A stretch of DNA of 64,000 nucleotides, taken from contig JAIOZK010000008.1 in assembly GCA_021740625.1 (NCBI GenBank), positions 27,627 to 91,626 of the forward strand, read 5' to 3'. Below, piece after piece: positions 19,793-30,418 of this stretch. A program made the position numbers and the translations under genes. Below the pieces are notes generated by a model. That model was not told the DNA's origin, did no database searches, and saw only the letters and a program-made list of their open reading frames with translations. Source of the stretch: Bacteroidales bacterium. GTDB taxonomy: Bacteria > Bacteroidota > Bacteroidia > Bacteroidales > JAIOZK01. The number at the start of each line of letters is the position of its first letter. Within the stretch, counting starts at the first letter, position 1.

Positions 19793-20488
19793 ATGGTGGA
19801 AAGATTCAGGAATTTAATGTGTAAAGATTGTCTCTTCAAGCAACCCTTGTTCAACATTTTGAATCCAAATGAGCTTGAAACATTGAACCAAAATAGATAT
19901 GAAGTCAGGTATAAAAAGGGAGAAACGATATTCAAGCAGGGTTCTGCATTAACGCATATTGCATGTTTTACACACGGCATGGCCAAAATATATATTGAAG
20001 GACTGAACAACAGGAATTTGATCATCAAGATTGTTAAAAGAGGTGAAATGGTTGGCGGTCCGGGTATGCATACTGACTTCAAACATCATTTTACCGTAAC
20101 AACCCTGACGGATACACAGGTGTGTTTAATCGATGCCGAAACCTTTCAGGATGTTGTAAAATCAAACAACAAGTTTGCCCTTGCAATGATGAAAAAAATA
20201 AACACACAGGGCATTAAGAATTTTGAGAAATTTATCAACCTGACCCAGAAACAAATGCCGGGCAGGATCGCAGATGCCATCTTCTACCTTTCAGACTTTG
20301 TGCATGAAAGCGATCATTTCGATGTTGTGATTTCGAGGCAGGACCTGGCAGATATGACGGCCATGACAAAAGAAAGTGCTATCAGGATCCTAAAGGAATT
20401 CAAAGATGCAGGATTGATCAGTGTTGAGGGGAATCATTTTGAGATCCTGGACAAAGAAACGCTCAGAAAGATATGCCGCACCGGCTAA
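19793..20488 (+). CDS. Crp/Fnr family transcriptional regulator
   Basis: N-terminal CKDC, cNMP-binding barrel, C-terminal HTH 'SRQDLADMTAMTKESAIRILKEF'; start may be 19817. Confidence 0.92.
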   Translation: MVERFRNLMCKDCLFKQPLFNILNPNELETLNQNRYEVRYKKGETIFKQGSALTHIACFTHGMAKIYIEGLNNRNLIIKIVKRGEMVGGPGMHTDFKHHFTVTTLTDTQVCLIDAETFQDVVKSNNKFALAMMKKINTQGIKNFEKFINLTQKQMPGRIADAIFYLSDFVHESDHFDVVISRQDLADMTAMTKESAIRILKEFKDAGLISVEGNHFEILDKETLRKICRTG

Positions 20489-20548
20489 ACTGTTTTTTTG
20501 AACCAATTACTCCAGGTTGACTACATTTGCAGTTTACAAAAGATCGTT

Positions 20549-22069
20549 GTGAAACACTTCAAAACAAAGGAGATCAGGATCGGTAATATTTCAATCGGAG
20601 GAGGACAGCCCATGCTAATTCAATCCATGACCTCCGCCGATACACTTAATACCAAGTCTACAGTGCAGCAATGCATCAAAATGTTCGAGACAGGTTGCAA
20701 ACTGATCAGGATTTCGGCTCCATCTGTTAAAGCAGCCCAAAACCTATCCGAAATCAAAAAGGAACTGGCAAAGCAGGGGTATAACATTCCGCTCGTTGCT
20801 GACATTCATTTCAACCCGAAAGCTGCTGAAATTGCAGCCCGCATCGTAGAAAAGATCAGGATCAATCCTGGTAATTTTGCGGATTCAAAAAAGAAAGCCA
20901 AGCGGACAGACCTGACGGTGCAAAATGAATTGGAAGAGATCAGCAGCAAATTGATCCCTTTGCTGAACGTTTGCAAAAAACATCATACGGCAATCAGGAT
21001 TGGTGTAAATCATGGTTCCCTATCCAAAAGAATATTATTTCAGCATGGAAACACACCCGGGGGAATGGTGGAATCGGCACTTGAATATTTACAGATCTGC
21101 CGGCAAAATGATTTTCATGACATCGTACTTTCCCTCAAAGCAAGCAATATCATCACCATGATACAATCCAACCGTTTGATGGTAAAAAAGATGCAGGAAA
21201 GAGGATGGGATTATCCCCTGCACCTGGGAGTTACCGAAGCCGGCAATGCAACAGAAGGAAGGATCAAATCAGCAGCCGGCATCGGAAGTTTGCTCCGGGA
21301 GGGCATCGGAGATACCATCCGGGTTTCCCTCACAGAAAATCCGCTTCATGAAATCCCGGTAGCAAAAAAGATCATTCAGTATGCACAAAAACAGCCTGCA
21401 CACTTGGAAACCTGGTGGATGGAAAGACCCGATGATACAGAGCTTCCATTGGTTTTGAACAATAAAAAAAACATGGCTGATTTATTCGTCAGGGATGAAC
21501 TTGCTTATGACCAGATGCAACATAGATATGCAATGGAAAAAGCACAAAGATCAGCCAGTGGCAAATTGTCCGGGAAATTGAAAATCCTGAAAGCTTCATA
21601 TCCCGGTCTTGCTCTTGAAGATATTATGATCCGTGCCACCATGGATTTCACAAAGCCCCTGATAACAAATCAATGCGATGGCATCTGGATTGAAGGGGAT
21701 GAGGAGATCCCGGCAGATAAAATTAATGAGATCGCTTTTGGCATACTGCAGGCTACGAAACGCCGAATCACGAAAACAGAATTCATTTCCTGCCCCTCTT
21801 GCGCCCGTACACTCTTTGATATTGAAAAACTGCTGGAGAAAGTCAAAAAAAACACCTCTCATCTGAAAGGTCTTAAAATCGGTGTGATGGGCTGTATTGT
21901 GAATGGGCCCGGCGAAATGGCCGGTGCGGATTACGGACTTGTTGGGTCGGGAAAAAACCAGGTGACTTTATACAAAGGACAAAACATACAGAAAAAAAAT
22001 ATCCCCCTGGAAAAGGCTGTTAAAGAACTGATCAAGCTGATCAAAGAAAACAAAGAATGGCAAGACTGA
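20549..22069 (+). CDS. ispG: 4-hydroxy-3-methylbut-2-en-1-yl diphosphate synthase
   Basis: IQSMT, LVADIHF, RINPGN, GDTIRVSLT, CPSCART, GCIVNGPGE; TACATTTG promoter at 20522. Confidence 0.95.
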   Translation: MKHFKTKEIRIGNISIGGGQPMLIQSMTSADTLNTKSTVQQCIKMFETGCKLIRISAPSVKAAQNLSEIKKELAKQGYNIPLVADIHFNPKAAEIAARIVEKIRINPGNFADSKKKAKRTDLTVQNELEEISSKLIPLLNVCKKHHTAIRIGVNHGSLSKRILFQHGNTPGGMVESALEYLQICRQNDFHDIVLSLKASNIITMIQSNRLMVKKMQERGWDYPLHLGVTEAGNATEGRIKSAAGIGSLLREGIGDTIRVSLTENPLHEIPVAKKIIQYAQKQPAHLETWWMERPDDTELPLVLNNKKNMADLFVRDELAYDQMQHRYAMEKAQRSASGKLSGKLKILKASYPGLALEDIMIRATMDFTKPLITNQCDGIWIEGDEEIPADKINEIAFGILQATKRRITKTEFISCPSCARTLFDIEKLLEKVKKNTSHLKGLKIGVMGCIVNGPGEMAGADYGLVGSGKNQVTLYKGQNIQKKNIPLEKAVKELIKLIKENKEWQD

Positions 22070-22240
22070 AAGTTGCAATATATCATATGTCAGCATTACT
22101 TTTTTCCTCTGTCATGGTTCCGTGATCGCCCTGATCATTATTCTGCATTCCTCTGCGCTTATCTTCATTCTAACCAAAGAGCACACCTGGCATGCGCAAA
22201 GCGCGAGGATCATAGAAAAGGTTCTCCTCCCAAGTGCAGG

Positions 22241-23212
22241 CTACTCCCCTTTCAGAAATTTCTTGTTTACAATCACCTTAACACTCGATGGGATGATCTC
22301 GAATTCCAGCGGGCTGTGGCCCAGTGATTCCCCATCGGTTTCGAGGAAGACCGATTTCTCAGGTATGGAAACTACGCGTATGTAACTTCCCCGGAAAGTT
22401 GAAACCTCATCCAGTTTCACAAAGGAACCATCGTAAAGATTCTTAATATTTCGAATGATCTTGAATTTGCTGGTTTTACGGATCACGGTCAGGTCGAAAA
22501 GACCGTCATCCGGGATGGCATCTGGCAATTGCATCATACCGCCACCATTGTATTTGCAGATGCCCAGGCTCATGCTAAAGACATCTCCATCAAAAACATC
22601 TTTGTTGTCCACATCGATTTTCAAACGGGTGATCTTATACTGAAACAGACCTGTCATCAGGTTGTAAAGATATGCAGTTGTTCCGCCCCTGCCCTTTTCT
22701 TTCAGGGCATTGGTCTTTTGCGCCACCAGCGCATCGAAACCCATGCCGGCCATGTTTACGAAATAGCGATTTTCTGTGTTACCATTTAGCTGATACCGGA
22801 CTTTTCCGGCATCCTGAACAAAAGTTTTTCCTTTTTTCAATACCTTGATGGCTTTCTTGTATTTGAATGGAATGCGATACATCCTGCCCCAGTCGTTGCC
22901 GGTCCCTACAGTAATCATCCCGATGGTAATATCTTTTGTGGGATATTTTTTCTGGATGAAAACACCGTTTACCACCTCATTCAATGTTCCGTCGCCACCC
23001 ACCACGATGATCTTTCTGCAACCCTTTTCAATTTGATCTTTTGCAATGTTGATTGCATGGAATCGGGCTTTGGTAAGTACCTCCTTAAAACGGAATTTTT
23101 TCTCAATCAGCAACTTCCTTATGCCCGGCCAGTCTTTTCTTCCTTTGCCCGAACCTGCATGCGGATTTACGATCACCAGCCATCTTTCCTCAGGTTTATC
23201 ATTTTCTTTCAT
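22241..23212 (-). CDS. Diacylglycerol kinase family lipid kinase (YegS/BmrU-like)
   Basis: VNPHAGSG, GGDGTLNEV, GTGNDW, YNGGG, DGE motifs. Confidence 0.92.
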   Translation of the reverse strand: MKENDKPEERWLVIVNPHAGSGKGRKDWPGIRKLLIEKKFRFKEVLTKARFHAINIAKDQIEKGCRKIIVVGGDGTLNEVVNGVFIQKKYPTKDITIGMITVGTGNDWGRMYRIPFKYKKAIKVLKKGKTFVQDAGKVRYQLNGNTENRYFVNMAGMGFDALVAQKTNALKEKGRGGTTAYLYNLMTGLFQYKITRLKIDVDNKDVFDGDVFSMSLGICKYNGGGMMQLPDAIPDDGLFDLTVIRKTSKFKIIRNIKNLYDGSFVKLDEVSTFRGSYIRVVSIPEKSVFLETDGESLGHSPLEFEIIPSSVKVIVNKKFLKGE

Positions 23213-23224
23213 CCACAGTTCATG

Positions 23225-24313
23225 TTAATCAGCAAATTTTTCCTGTAACAGGCGGTCGAGCGCCTTCACCGATACTTTTAATTCAAAATTCCTTGCTGCG
23301 ATTTCACGGCCATTTTTTCCCATTTCTTCTGCTCTATCTCTTTCTTTCAGCAATAGAATCTTTTCCACCATACCCTGGATATCACCTAATTTCACCAGAT
23401 ATCCATTGATCCCCTCTTTCACTAGTTCCGGATTGCTGCTCACATCAAAAGCAATTATGGGTTTCTTCGCCGCCATGGCCTCGAGTAAAACATAACCGAA
23501 TCCTTCCCAGAGGGATGTCAGAACAAAAATATCCATGTCAAACATAAAGGATTTCATATCCTCCACAAAACCCAAAAACGCAAAATGATCTTCCAGCTTA
23601 TGAGCGCTTACTTTATGTTTCAACTCTTTTTCCAGGGGACCTGATCCGGCAATACGGATCAGAAAATCGATGTTTTTATTTTTCAGCTCCACGGCCAGTT
23701 CAATCAGATAGAATTGTGCTTTTTGCTTCACAAGGCGTCCGGCATTTCCGATGATCAATTTCCCTTCCTTGGCTCTATTTTCTTTTGTTATGCTTTGATA
23801 ATCGTATTTTTCCAGATCGATCCCGTTATAGATCACAGCCATGGATTTTTCCGGAAAGAGTTGTGGATTGTTCCTGAGAATGGTTTTCCGGGTTTGTTCC
23901 GAATTGGCCAGGATCAGATCGATATTCTTACGAAAGATTTTCCGGTTCAGCCAGGTGTTCCGCACCGGGATTGCACTTCCCCGCCGGTAAACGCTTTTGA
24001 TCCCGAGTTTTCTATTGATGGGCGAGCATATCTTGAGCTCCGAAGGCGCATTGATGATCATGACATCGGGAGCGATTTCTTTTAACAGCCGTTTGTATTT
24101 CAACCTTTTCCATGGACTGACAAAGCTTAGGTTCCCAATAGGCAAATGATATACATGCAGTCCGGAATCCCGGGCGAGGCTTGCCAGTTTGCTTCCTTTG
24201 GCAGCAATCAAACTAACATCATAAGATCCCGCTTGCAGTTGCCGGGCCATTTCAAGATGCCATTTTTCACCTCCGCCCCAGGCCCTGCTCGTATTCACAA
24301 AACAAAGCTTCAT
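23225..24313 (-). CDS. Glycosyltransferase family 4 (GT-B)
   Basis: WGGGE N-terminus; GRLVKQK; SLWEGFGYVLLEAMA. Confidence 0.9.
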   Translation of the reverse strand: MKLCFVNTSRAWGGGEKWHLEMARQLQAGSYDVSLIAAKGSKLASLARDSGLHVYHLPIGNLSFVSPWKRLKYKRLLKEIAPDVMIINAPSELKICSPINRKLGIKSVYRRGSAIPVRNTWLNRKIFRKNIDLILANSEQTRKTILRNNPQLFPEKSMAVIYNGIDLEKYDYQSITKENRAKEGKLIIGNAGRLVKQKAQFYLIELAVELKNKNIDFLIRIAGSGPLEKELKHKVSAHKLEDHFAFLGFVEDMKSFMFDMDIFVLTSLWEGFGYVLLEAMAAKKPIIAFDVSSNPELVKEGINGYLVKLGDIQGMVEKILLLKERDRAEEMGKNGREIAARNFELKVSVKALDRLLQEKFAD

Positions 24314-25083
24314 AGGGTGGATTTTTGTTTCTCAGCCTTTTGTAGTTTATACAATTTGCTGTATTTCAGAAAAGTTGAATGTGCACTGTTCCTACAGATC
24401 AGGTACCCATGCAAACCATCCAGGAATCCAAGTTTGAAAAGATAATTCTGTATGAAGGTAAAAAAAGGTCGGCAGACAATCTTACACACACTGCTGCGCT
24501 TTCCGTCTTCGAACATAACCTCTGCCTTGATGCCCGAAAACTTGTTGATCTGATTGCTGTGCTGTTCGATGGAATAAAAAGAATAGTGCAACAATTCTCC
24601 CTCCAGAAAGGCTGTTTTCGACCCTTTCTCCAGGAAAAGCTTCTCATGTATCTTTTTCCCGTCCCATTTCGCTTTCCTGCGGTCGAACAGCCGTATTTTG
24701 CGGTCGGGATACCAGCCTGAATGCCGGATCCACTTGCCACAATAATTGGTAAGCCGGTTCATAAAATAAGCATCATATTGCCAGTTTTCTTTTACCAACA
24801 ATATAGATTTCCTTAATCTTTCCGACAGGGCTTCATCCGCATCCATTGACAGAATATGATCATGGCTTGCCAGTTTGTTCGCAAAATTCTTTTGTTCAAT
24901 ATAACCTTTAAACTTATTTTGATGGAAACAGACATTGTATTCAAGGCAAATATCCCGGGTTTTATCGTTTGAATGGGAATCCACTACAATGATCTCATCG
25001 GCCACATCCCTGACAGACTCCAGACAACGCCGGATGTTCTTTTCCTCGTTGAAGGTGATAATGACAACTGAAAGTTTGATCAT
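24310..25083 (-). CDS. Glycosyltransferase family 2 (WaaE/KdtX-like)
   Basis: ITFNEEKNI, VVDSHS.D, QKNFA, DADE, WYPD, LLHYSF. Confidence 0.9.
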   Translation of the reverse strand: MIKLSVVIITFNEEKNIRRCLESVRDVADEIIVVDSHSNDKTRDICLEYNVCFHQNKFKGYIEQKNFANKLASHDHILSMDADEALSERLRKSILLVKENWQYDAYFMNRLTNYCGKWIRHSGWYPDRKIRLFDRRKAKWDGKKIHEKLFLEKGSKTAFLEGELLHYSFYSIEQHSNQINKFSGIKAEVMFEDGKRSSVCKIVCRPFFTFIQNYLFKLGFLDGLHGYLICRNSAHSTFLKYSKLYKLQKAEKQKSTL

Positions 25084-25132
25084 ACTATTCCTATTATCTT
25101 TTCAAAAGTAAGGATTTTATCCTCCTTAAATT

Positions 25133-26593
25133 TTACTTCTTCCAGAATGCCGGTGTTAAAATGATCAGCACTGTAAAAAGTTCCAGTCTGCCCAGCAGCA
25201 TCAGGAAGGACAAGAACCATTTTCCGAAAACCGGAATACTTGCATAATTCCCGGTAGGCCCAACTTCCCCGATTCCCGGACCGATATTGCCCAGGGTTGC
25301 TGCCGAAGCACCAATGGCCGTTTCGAAGTCAAGGCCCAGCATCGACATCACCAAGATACCGAAAGCAAAAATAATGATGTAGATCAGGAAGAAGGCCATC
25401 ACCTTGAAGATGATCTCCTGGTTGACCGCTTTACCATTCAGCCTTACCGGTATCAGTGCATTGGGATGTACCAGGCGTTTGAGCTCCATGCCACTGTTCT
25501 TGAACAACAACAATTGTCGCACGACCTTGATTCCACCGCCGGTGGAACCCGCACTGCCACCCACGAACATCAGCAGGAAAATGACCATCCACAATATCCC
25601 CGGCCACAGCAGGTAATCGGCAGAAACGTATCCGGTGGTGGTAATAATGGAAACCACCTGGAAGAGAGATTCGCGAAATGCCAGTTCCAGTTCTTCATGT
25701 CTGAGCAACATAAGTGATGCGGTAAGCAATAGGGTTACGATGGAAAAAAGATATATGTATTTCCTGAATTCTTCGTTTTTCCAGACCCTTCTGAATCTAC
25801 CGTGCAACGCAAAATAGTGCAAAGTAAAATTGGTCCCGGCCAGGATCATGAAAATGATGATCACATATTGAATGAAAGGAGAATATCCGGCAATGCTGGT
25901 ATTCTGTGTTGAAAAACCCCCTGTGGCAACTGTTCCAAAAGTATGGCAAAGAGCGTTCAAGAGGTCCATGCCGCCAAACAGCAAAAGAGCTGTTTGTACT
26001 ACTGTTAGCAATAAATAGATCGCCCACAATCTTTTTGCTGTTTGCGTAATCCTGGGGTGCAGTTTATCCGGCTGTATGCCGGGCATTTCGGCAACAAAAA
26101 GCTGCATACCGCCAATTCCCAATACAGGCAGAATGGCAACCGAAAGCACGATGATCCCCATGCCTCCGATCCAGTGCGTAAGGCTTCTCCAAAACAAAAT
26201 ACCCCTGGGCAATGATTCTATGTCGGTGAGTATGGACGCTCCTGTTGTTGTAAATCCCGACATGGTTTCAAAAAAGGCATTTGTAAAAGCGGGTATGGCA
26301 CCACTGAATAAGTATGGCAGGGTGCCGAAAAGAGAGATCACCACCCAGGTAAGTGATACGATGATGTAGCCTTCCCTTTTGCCGATGTTTTTGTTTTTCG
26401 GATTCCAGGCGATCAGCATCATCAAACCACCCGCCCCTGCGGTGATCAATCCGGAATAGATCAGGTCATAACATTTATCACAATAATAAAGCGAAAAGGG
26501 AATCCCGGTAAACATAAAACCACCTTCCACAATCAGCAGGAAGCCGATCACCCTGGTGATCATAAGCACGTTGATACCCAGCCCTGATTTCAT
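25133..26593 (-). CDS. trkH: Trk system potassium uptake protein TrkH
   Basis: SGFTTTG, ATGGFS, ITTTGY, GSAGSTGGGIK, LGNIGPG, GRLE pore motifs. Confidence 0.95.
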   Translation of the reverse strand: MKSGLGINVLMITRVIGFLLIVEGGFMFTGIPFSLYYCDKCYDLIYSGLITAGAGGLMMLIAWNPKNKNIGKREGYIIVSLTWVVISLFGTLPYLFSGAIPAFTNAFFETMSGFTTTGASILTDIESLPRGILFWRSLTHWIGGMGIIVLSVAILPVLGIGGMQLFVAEMPGIQPDKLHPRITQTAKRLWAIYLLLTVVQTALLLFGGMDLLNALCHTFGTVATGGFSTQNTSIAGYSPFIQYVIIIFMILAGTNFTLHYFALHGRFRRVWKNEEFRKYIYLFSIVTLLLTASLMLLRHEELELAFRESLFQVVSIITTTGYVSADYLLWPGILWMVIFLLMFVGGSAGSTGGGIKVVRQLLLFKNSGMELKRLVHPNALIPVRLNGKAVNQEIIFKVMAFFLIYIIIFAFGILVMSMLGLDFETAIGASAATLGNIGPGIGEVGPTGNYASIPVFGKWFLSFLMLLGRLELFTVLIILTPAFWKK

Positions 26594-26633
26594 GCAAAAT
26601 GATTTTGTGCGAAATTATAAAATAATAAGGATT

Positions 26634-27974
26634 CTAGCTGAATAGCTTTTCAACTTTATGAATGGCATGGGGCAGCGTGAAAACCACCACATGGTCGTTT
26701 TCCGCAACCTGGAAATCTCCGGTTGCAATATGGCTTTCATCTCCCCGAACGATTCCCCCGATGATTGCACCATCTGGGATCTTCAATTTCCTGATGGGTT
26801 TCTTCGTAATTTGTGATCCTGGTTTTGCCACCAGTTCCATGGCTTCGGCATCGATACCACTCAGGCATTTGATGGATGTGACCTCTGCTCCCATGGTAAA
26901 ACGGATGATATAGCTGGCCGTGATCAGCTTTTTATTGATGATTGTATCGATTCCTATATTCTGTGAAATATCTATATAATCGATGTTCTCCACCAGGGCA
27001 ATGGTTTTCTGAACGCCGTATTTGCGTGCATGCAAACAGGTCAGGATGTTGGTTTCCGAATTATCGGTCACAGCGATGAAAGCATCCATGCTTCTGATAT
27101 CTTCATCTTCCAGCAATTGAATATCCCGTGCATCCCCGTTGATGATTAAAGTATCTTCCAGGTAATCCGTCAGGTAAATGCAACGTTCCTTATCAAACTC
27201 AAACAATTTGATGTTCAATTCTTTTTCCAGGCGCTTTGCCGCCGTACGACCAACCCTGCCACCACCCACGATCATGATGTTGCGAATGTCAATCTTCTGC
27301 TTGCCGCCCATCCTCATTAGTTCCTCAACCCCGCTGGGTTTGGAGATGACATAAGAAAGATCGTTCTCCAGGAATACATCTTCCCCTTTGGGAATGATGG
27401 TGGTGGAATTGCGATGGATGGCCACAGCCCGGAAATCCAGGTGGGGAACCTCGGAAGCAATCTCATTCAGTGTTTTGTTCAGTACCATGGCTCCTTTTTC
27501 AAGCTTGATCAGAAACAGGGACAATTTCCCTTCAGAAAACTCGAATATCTCTGTAGCCGCGGTTTGGTGCAACAGGGTGATAATTTCCTCGGCAGCAATG
27601 GCCTCAGGGCAAACCAACGCATCTATGCCCAATTCATAAAAAACCTTGCGGTTTTCTTCATCCAGGTTTTCCATGCTGTTGACCCGGGCAATGGTTTTTT
27701 TTGCACCCAGTTTTTTCCCAACAATGGATGTTATGATGTTGATCTGCTCATCGTGCACCACGGAGATCAGCAGATCGGCCTTTTTAACGTTGGCATTTCT
27801 CAGCACATTGATGGAAGTGGAATCACCTGTAATGGTCATCAGGTCCGTATGGGATTCCACCATTTTGAGCAATTCCTCGTGGGGATCCACAATGGTAATA
27901 TTGTGATTTTCATTTGCCAGTTCCTTGGCAAGATGCAATCCTACTTCTCCGTCTCCTGCAATGATGATGTTCAT
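26634..27974 (-). CDS. trkA: Trk system potassium transporter TrkA
   Basis: Two RCK N/C pairs; GDGEVG and GGGRVG dinucleotide-binding loops. Confidence 0.95.
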   Translation of the reverse strand: MNIIIAGDGEVGLHLAKELANENHNITIVDPHEELLKMVESHTDLMTITGDSTSINVLRNANVKKADLLISVVHDEQINIITSIVGKKLGAKKTIARVNSMENLDEENRKVFYELGIDALVCPEAIAAEEIITLLHQTAATEIFEFSEGKLSLFLIKLEKGAMVLNKTLNEIASEVPHLDFRAVAIHRNSTTIIPKGEDVFLENDLSYVISKPSGVEELMRMGGKQKIDIRNIMIVGGGRVGRTAAKRLEKELNIKLFEFDKERCIYLTDYLEDTLIINGDARDIQLLEDEDIRSMDAFIAVTDNSETNILTCLHARKYGVQKTIALVENIDYIDISQNIGIDTIINKKLITASYIIRFTMGAEVTSIKCLSGIDAEAMELVAKPGSQITKKPIRKLKIPDGAIIGGIVRGDESHIATGDFQVAENDHVVVFTLPHAIHKVEKLFS

Positions 27975-28089
27975 AAAATTTCAAATGAAATTTTTTGCAA
28001 AGATAAGCTTTATCCGTCTTTCTTGTCCAAATCACCATTTCTTCTTTCTAGCCGGAGCCTGTCCGTAAAGTACCCTTCTTATCATTAAC

Positions 28090-28180
28090 AGCCTCGAAGC
28101 CTTTAGTCTCCGGAGGGGGAAATACACACGCACCCACAGGCTTGGCTGATTCTCCCCTTTAAGGGAGTTAGAGGGGTGTC
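28090..28180. repeat. Intergenic G/C-run hairpin (REP-like)
   Basis: ctcccctttaagggag followed by ttagagggg. Confidence 0.35.
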
Positions 28181-28217
28181 TAACGGATAGCCACTGTAGG
28201 GATAATATCTAACTGAA

Positions 28218-29012
28218 TCAGTGATGGATTGTAAAATTATCCCAGTCGGCACCAACGTTGAAACTTTTACGAAATTCTTTTAAATCACCTGCTGACAGGC
28301 GGGTACTGATGGATTCTTCTTTTCCCGCTCCGGCTGCTGAAAGGACCTTGCCATCCGGGCCGATCAGCATGCTGTCGCCCGAATAGGACATGCCTTTATC
28401 GTCTACCCCTACCCTGTTCAGCCCGATCACATAGGACTGGTTTTCCATGGCCCTGGCGATCAGCAGTTGTTTCCAGGGATAATTGCGGATCTCAGGCCAG
28501 TTGGCCACGAAGATCAGCAGGTCATATTCAAATTTTCCATCCCGGTAGGTGTTTTTCACCCAGACCGGAAACCGCAGGTCGTAGCAGATCATGGGGCTAA
28601 TCTTCCAGCCATGCAAATCACAGATGATCTTCCCCATCCCTTTTGAAATAAATCCCGACTCCTCACCCAGGTGGAATACATGGCGTTTAAAATAAGTTCT
28701 ATAATTACCGGATGGTTCCATCCAGACCAGGCAATTGAAATATCTGCCATCATCTTCTATCATCAGACTGCCTGTGATTACGGCATTCGCCTGTTTTGCG
28801 CTTTCGTGCATCCATTCAAATGTCGGCCCGTCGATCTTTTCAGCAAATTGCCGGGGATCCACCGGGAAAGCTGTATTGAACATCTCGGGGAGGATGATCA
28901 GATGATCCCCGCTTTTCAGTTTGGAAATTTTGTCTGCAAATTTCTTCCGGTTCTCTTCAGGATCTTCCCAGACAATATCGGATTGAATGAAACTTATTTT
29001 CAGATCTCGCAT
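28218..29012 (-). CDS. Nitrilase-family omega-amidase (YafV/MtnU-like)
   Basis: LPEMF, Y.KRH.F, ICYDLRFP catalytic E-K-C triad. Confidence 0.9.
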   Translation of the reverse strand: MRDLKISFIQSDIVWEDPEENRKKFADKISKLKSGDHLIILPEMFNTAFPVDPRQFAEKIDGPTFEWMHESAKQANAVITGSLMIEDDGRYFNCLVWMEPSGNYRTYFKRHVFHLGEESGFISKGMGKIICDLHGWKISPMICYDLRFPVWVKNTYRDGKFEYDLLIFVANWPEIRNYPWKQLLIARAMENQSYVIGLNRVGVDDKGMSYSGDSMLIGPDGKVLSAAGAGKEESISTRLSAGDLKEFRKSFNVGADWDNFTIHH

Positions 29013-30157
29013 AAGATGTCAGCAGCTTTTTTCAGGGTTTCTTCCTTTTTCGCAAAGCAGAAACGCAGCATTTTTGGATTGTGGTTGTTATGATAAAAGG
29101 GTGATAGCGGAATACTGGCAATGCCATGCTCCCGGATTAGCCTTTCGGCAAATTCCATGTCCCCCTCATCGGTAATATCGCTGTAATCGAGTAACTGGAA
29201 ATAGGTGCCGTATGAAGGGATGATCCTGAATCTGGATTTTTTGAGATGCCTGACAAAGAAGTTCCTTTTCTTCTGGTACATCTTGCCGACATTGTTGTAG
29301 TTCTTTTTGTATTTAAGGAAATCGGCAATGGCCAGTTGCACGGGTGTATTGCATGTAAATACTACGAATTGGTGGGCTTTCCTGAATTCCACCATCAGGT
29401 TTTTCGGGGCCAGCACATAGCCCATCTTCCAGCCGGTGGCATGAAAGGTTTTCCCGAAGGAGCCGATGGCAAAACTTCTCCTGGCCAGTTCAGGATATTT
29501 GCAAACGCTCTGGTGGATCTTGCCGTCAAAGATGAGGTGTTCATATACCTCATCGCTGAGAACAATAATACTGGTATTGCGGGTGAGCTGCTCCAGCTTC
29601 TTCATGTCATCCTCTTCCAGGACCATTCCTGAAGGATTATGTGGGGTATTGATGATGATCATTTTGGTGTTGTGGGAGATCATCCCGGTGAGTTCCTCCC
29701 AGTTGATCCTGAAATCTGGAGTGCTTAGCCTGGCATATTTTACCGTTCCCCCGTTCAGGATCACCGCAGGAGCATAGCTGTCGTAAGCCGGTTCAAAAAT
29801 GATGGCCTCATCTTCTTCTTTGAAGATACATGATATGGCGGTATATATGGCCTGCGTGGCACCGGCGGTGATATTGACCTCTGTTTCCGGATTATATTCC
29901 GCGCCATGCAAATCTTTCACCTTCTTTGCGATCCGTTCGCGGATGATACGGGTGCCGGTCATGGGTGCGTACTGGTTATGGCCTTCTTTCATATAATGAT
30001 AAACCCGGTCGATCAGATCGGGGTTCACATCAAAATCCGGGAAACCCTGGGAAAGATTGAGCGCCTTGTTTTCATGGGCAAGCTTGCTCATGACAGCAAA
30101 GATGGAAGTGCCTGCATTGGGTAGTTTGGAAATGATACGTTCTTCGAATTGCTCCAT
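29000..30157 (-). CDS. Methionine/glutamine aminotransferase (YbdL/MtnE-like, class I/II)
   Basis: NLSQGFPD, NTPHNP.G, SDEVYEH, SFGKTFHATGWK, RFCFAK. Confidence 0.9.
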   Translation of the reverse strand: MEQFEERIISKLPNAGTSIFAVMSKLAHENKALNLSQGFPDFDVNPDLIDRVYHYMKEGHNQYAPMTGTRIIRERIAKKVKDLHGAEYNPETEVNITAGATQAIYTAISCIFKEEDEAIIFEPAYDSYAPAVILNGGTVKYARLSTPDFRINWEELTGMISHNTKMIIINTPHNPSGMVLEEDDMKKLEQLTRNTSIIVLSDEVYEHLIFDGKIHQSVCKYPELARRSFAIGSFGKTFHATGWKMGYVLAPKNLMVEFRKAHQFVVFTCNTPVQLAIADFLKYKKNYNNVGKMYQKKRNFFVRHLKKSRFRIIPSYGTYFQLLDYSDITDEGDMEFAERLIREHGIASIPLSPFYHNNHNPKMLRFCFAKKEETLKKAADILCEI

Positions 30158-30277
30158 AACTATTGCTTTATGCTTAACAAATATATCAATTAATCGGAGT
30201 CTTTATTCATACTTTTTCAGACTTTTCTTCAGATAAAAAACCATCTTTTGCTAAAAAAATATATAGTTTAAGGAGAA

Positions 30278-30317
30278 AAAATGAACTACCCCGCCGCAGA
30301 GCAGCGGAGTATCAAAA
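30278..30317. repeat. Dispersed hairpin repeat, copy 1
   Basis: aaaatgaactaccccgccgca identical to 59975-59995; imperfect palindrome taccccgccgc-aga-gcagcggagta. Confidence 0.65.
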
Positions 30318-30418
30318 GAAAAAACTTGTCCGCCTACTGGCGGATTAAAATTTGAAATACCGGCCTACAGTTTTCCTGCTAAAATTGTAATTTTGAATAT
30401 CTAAAAACCAAAATTTTT

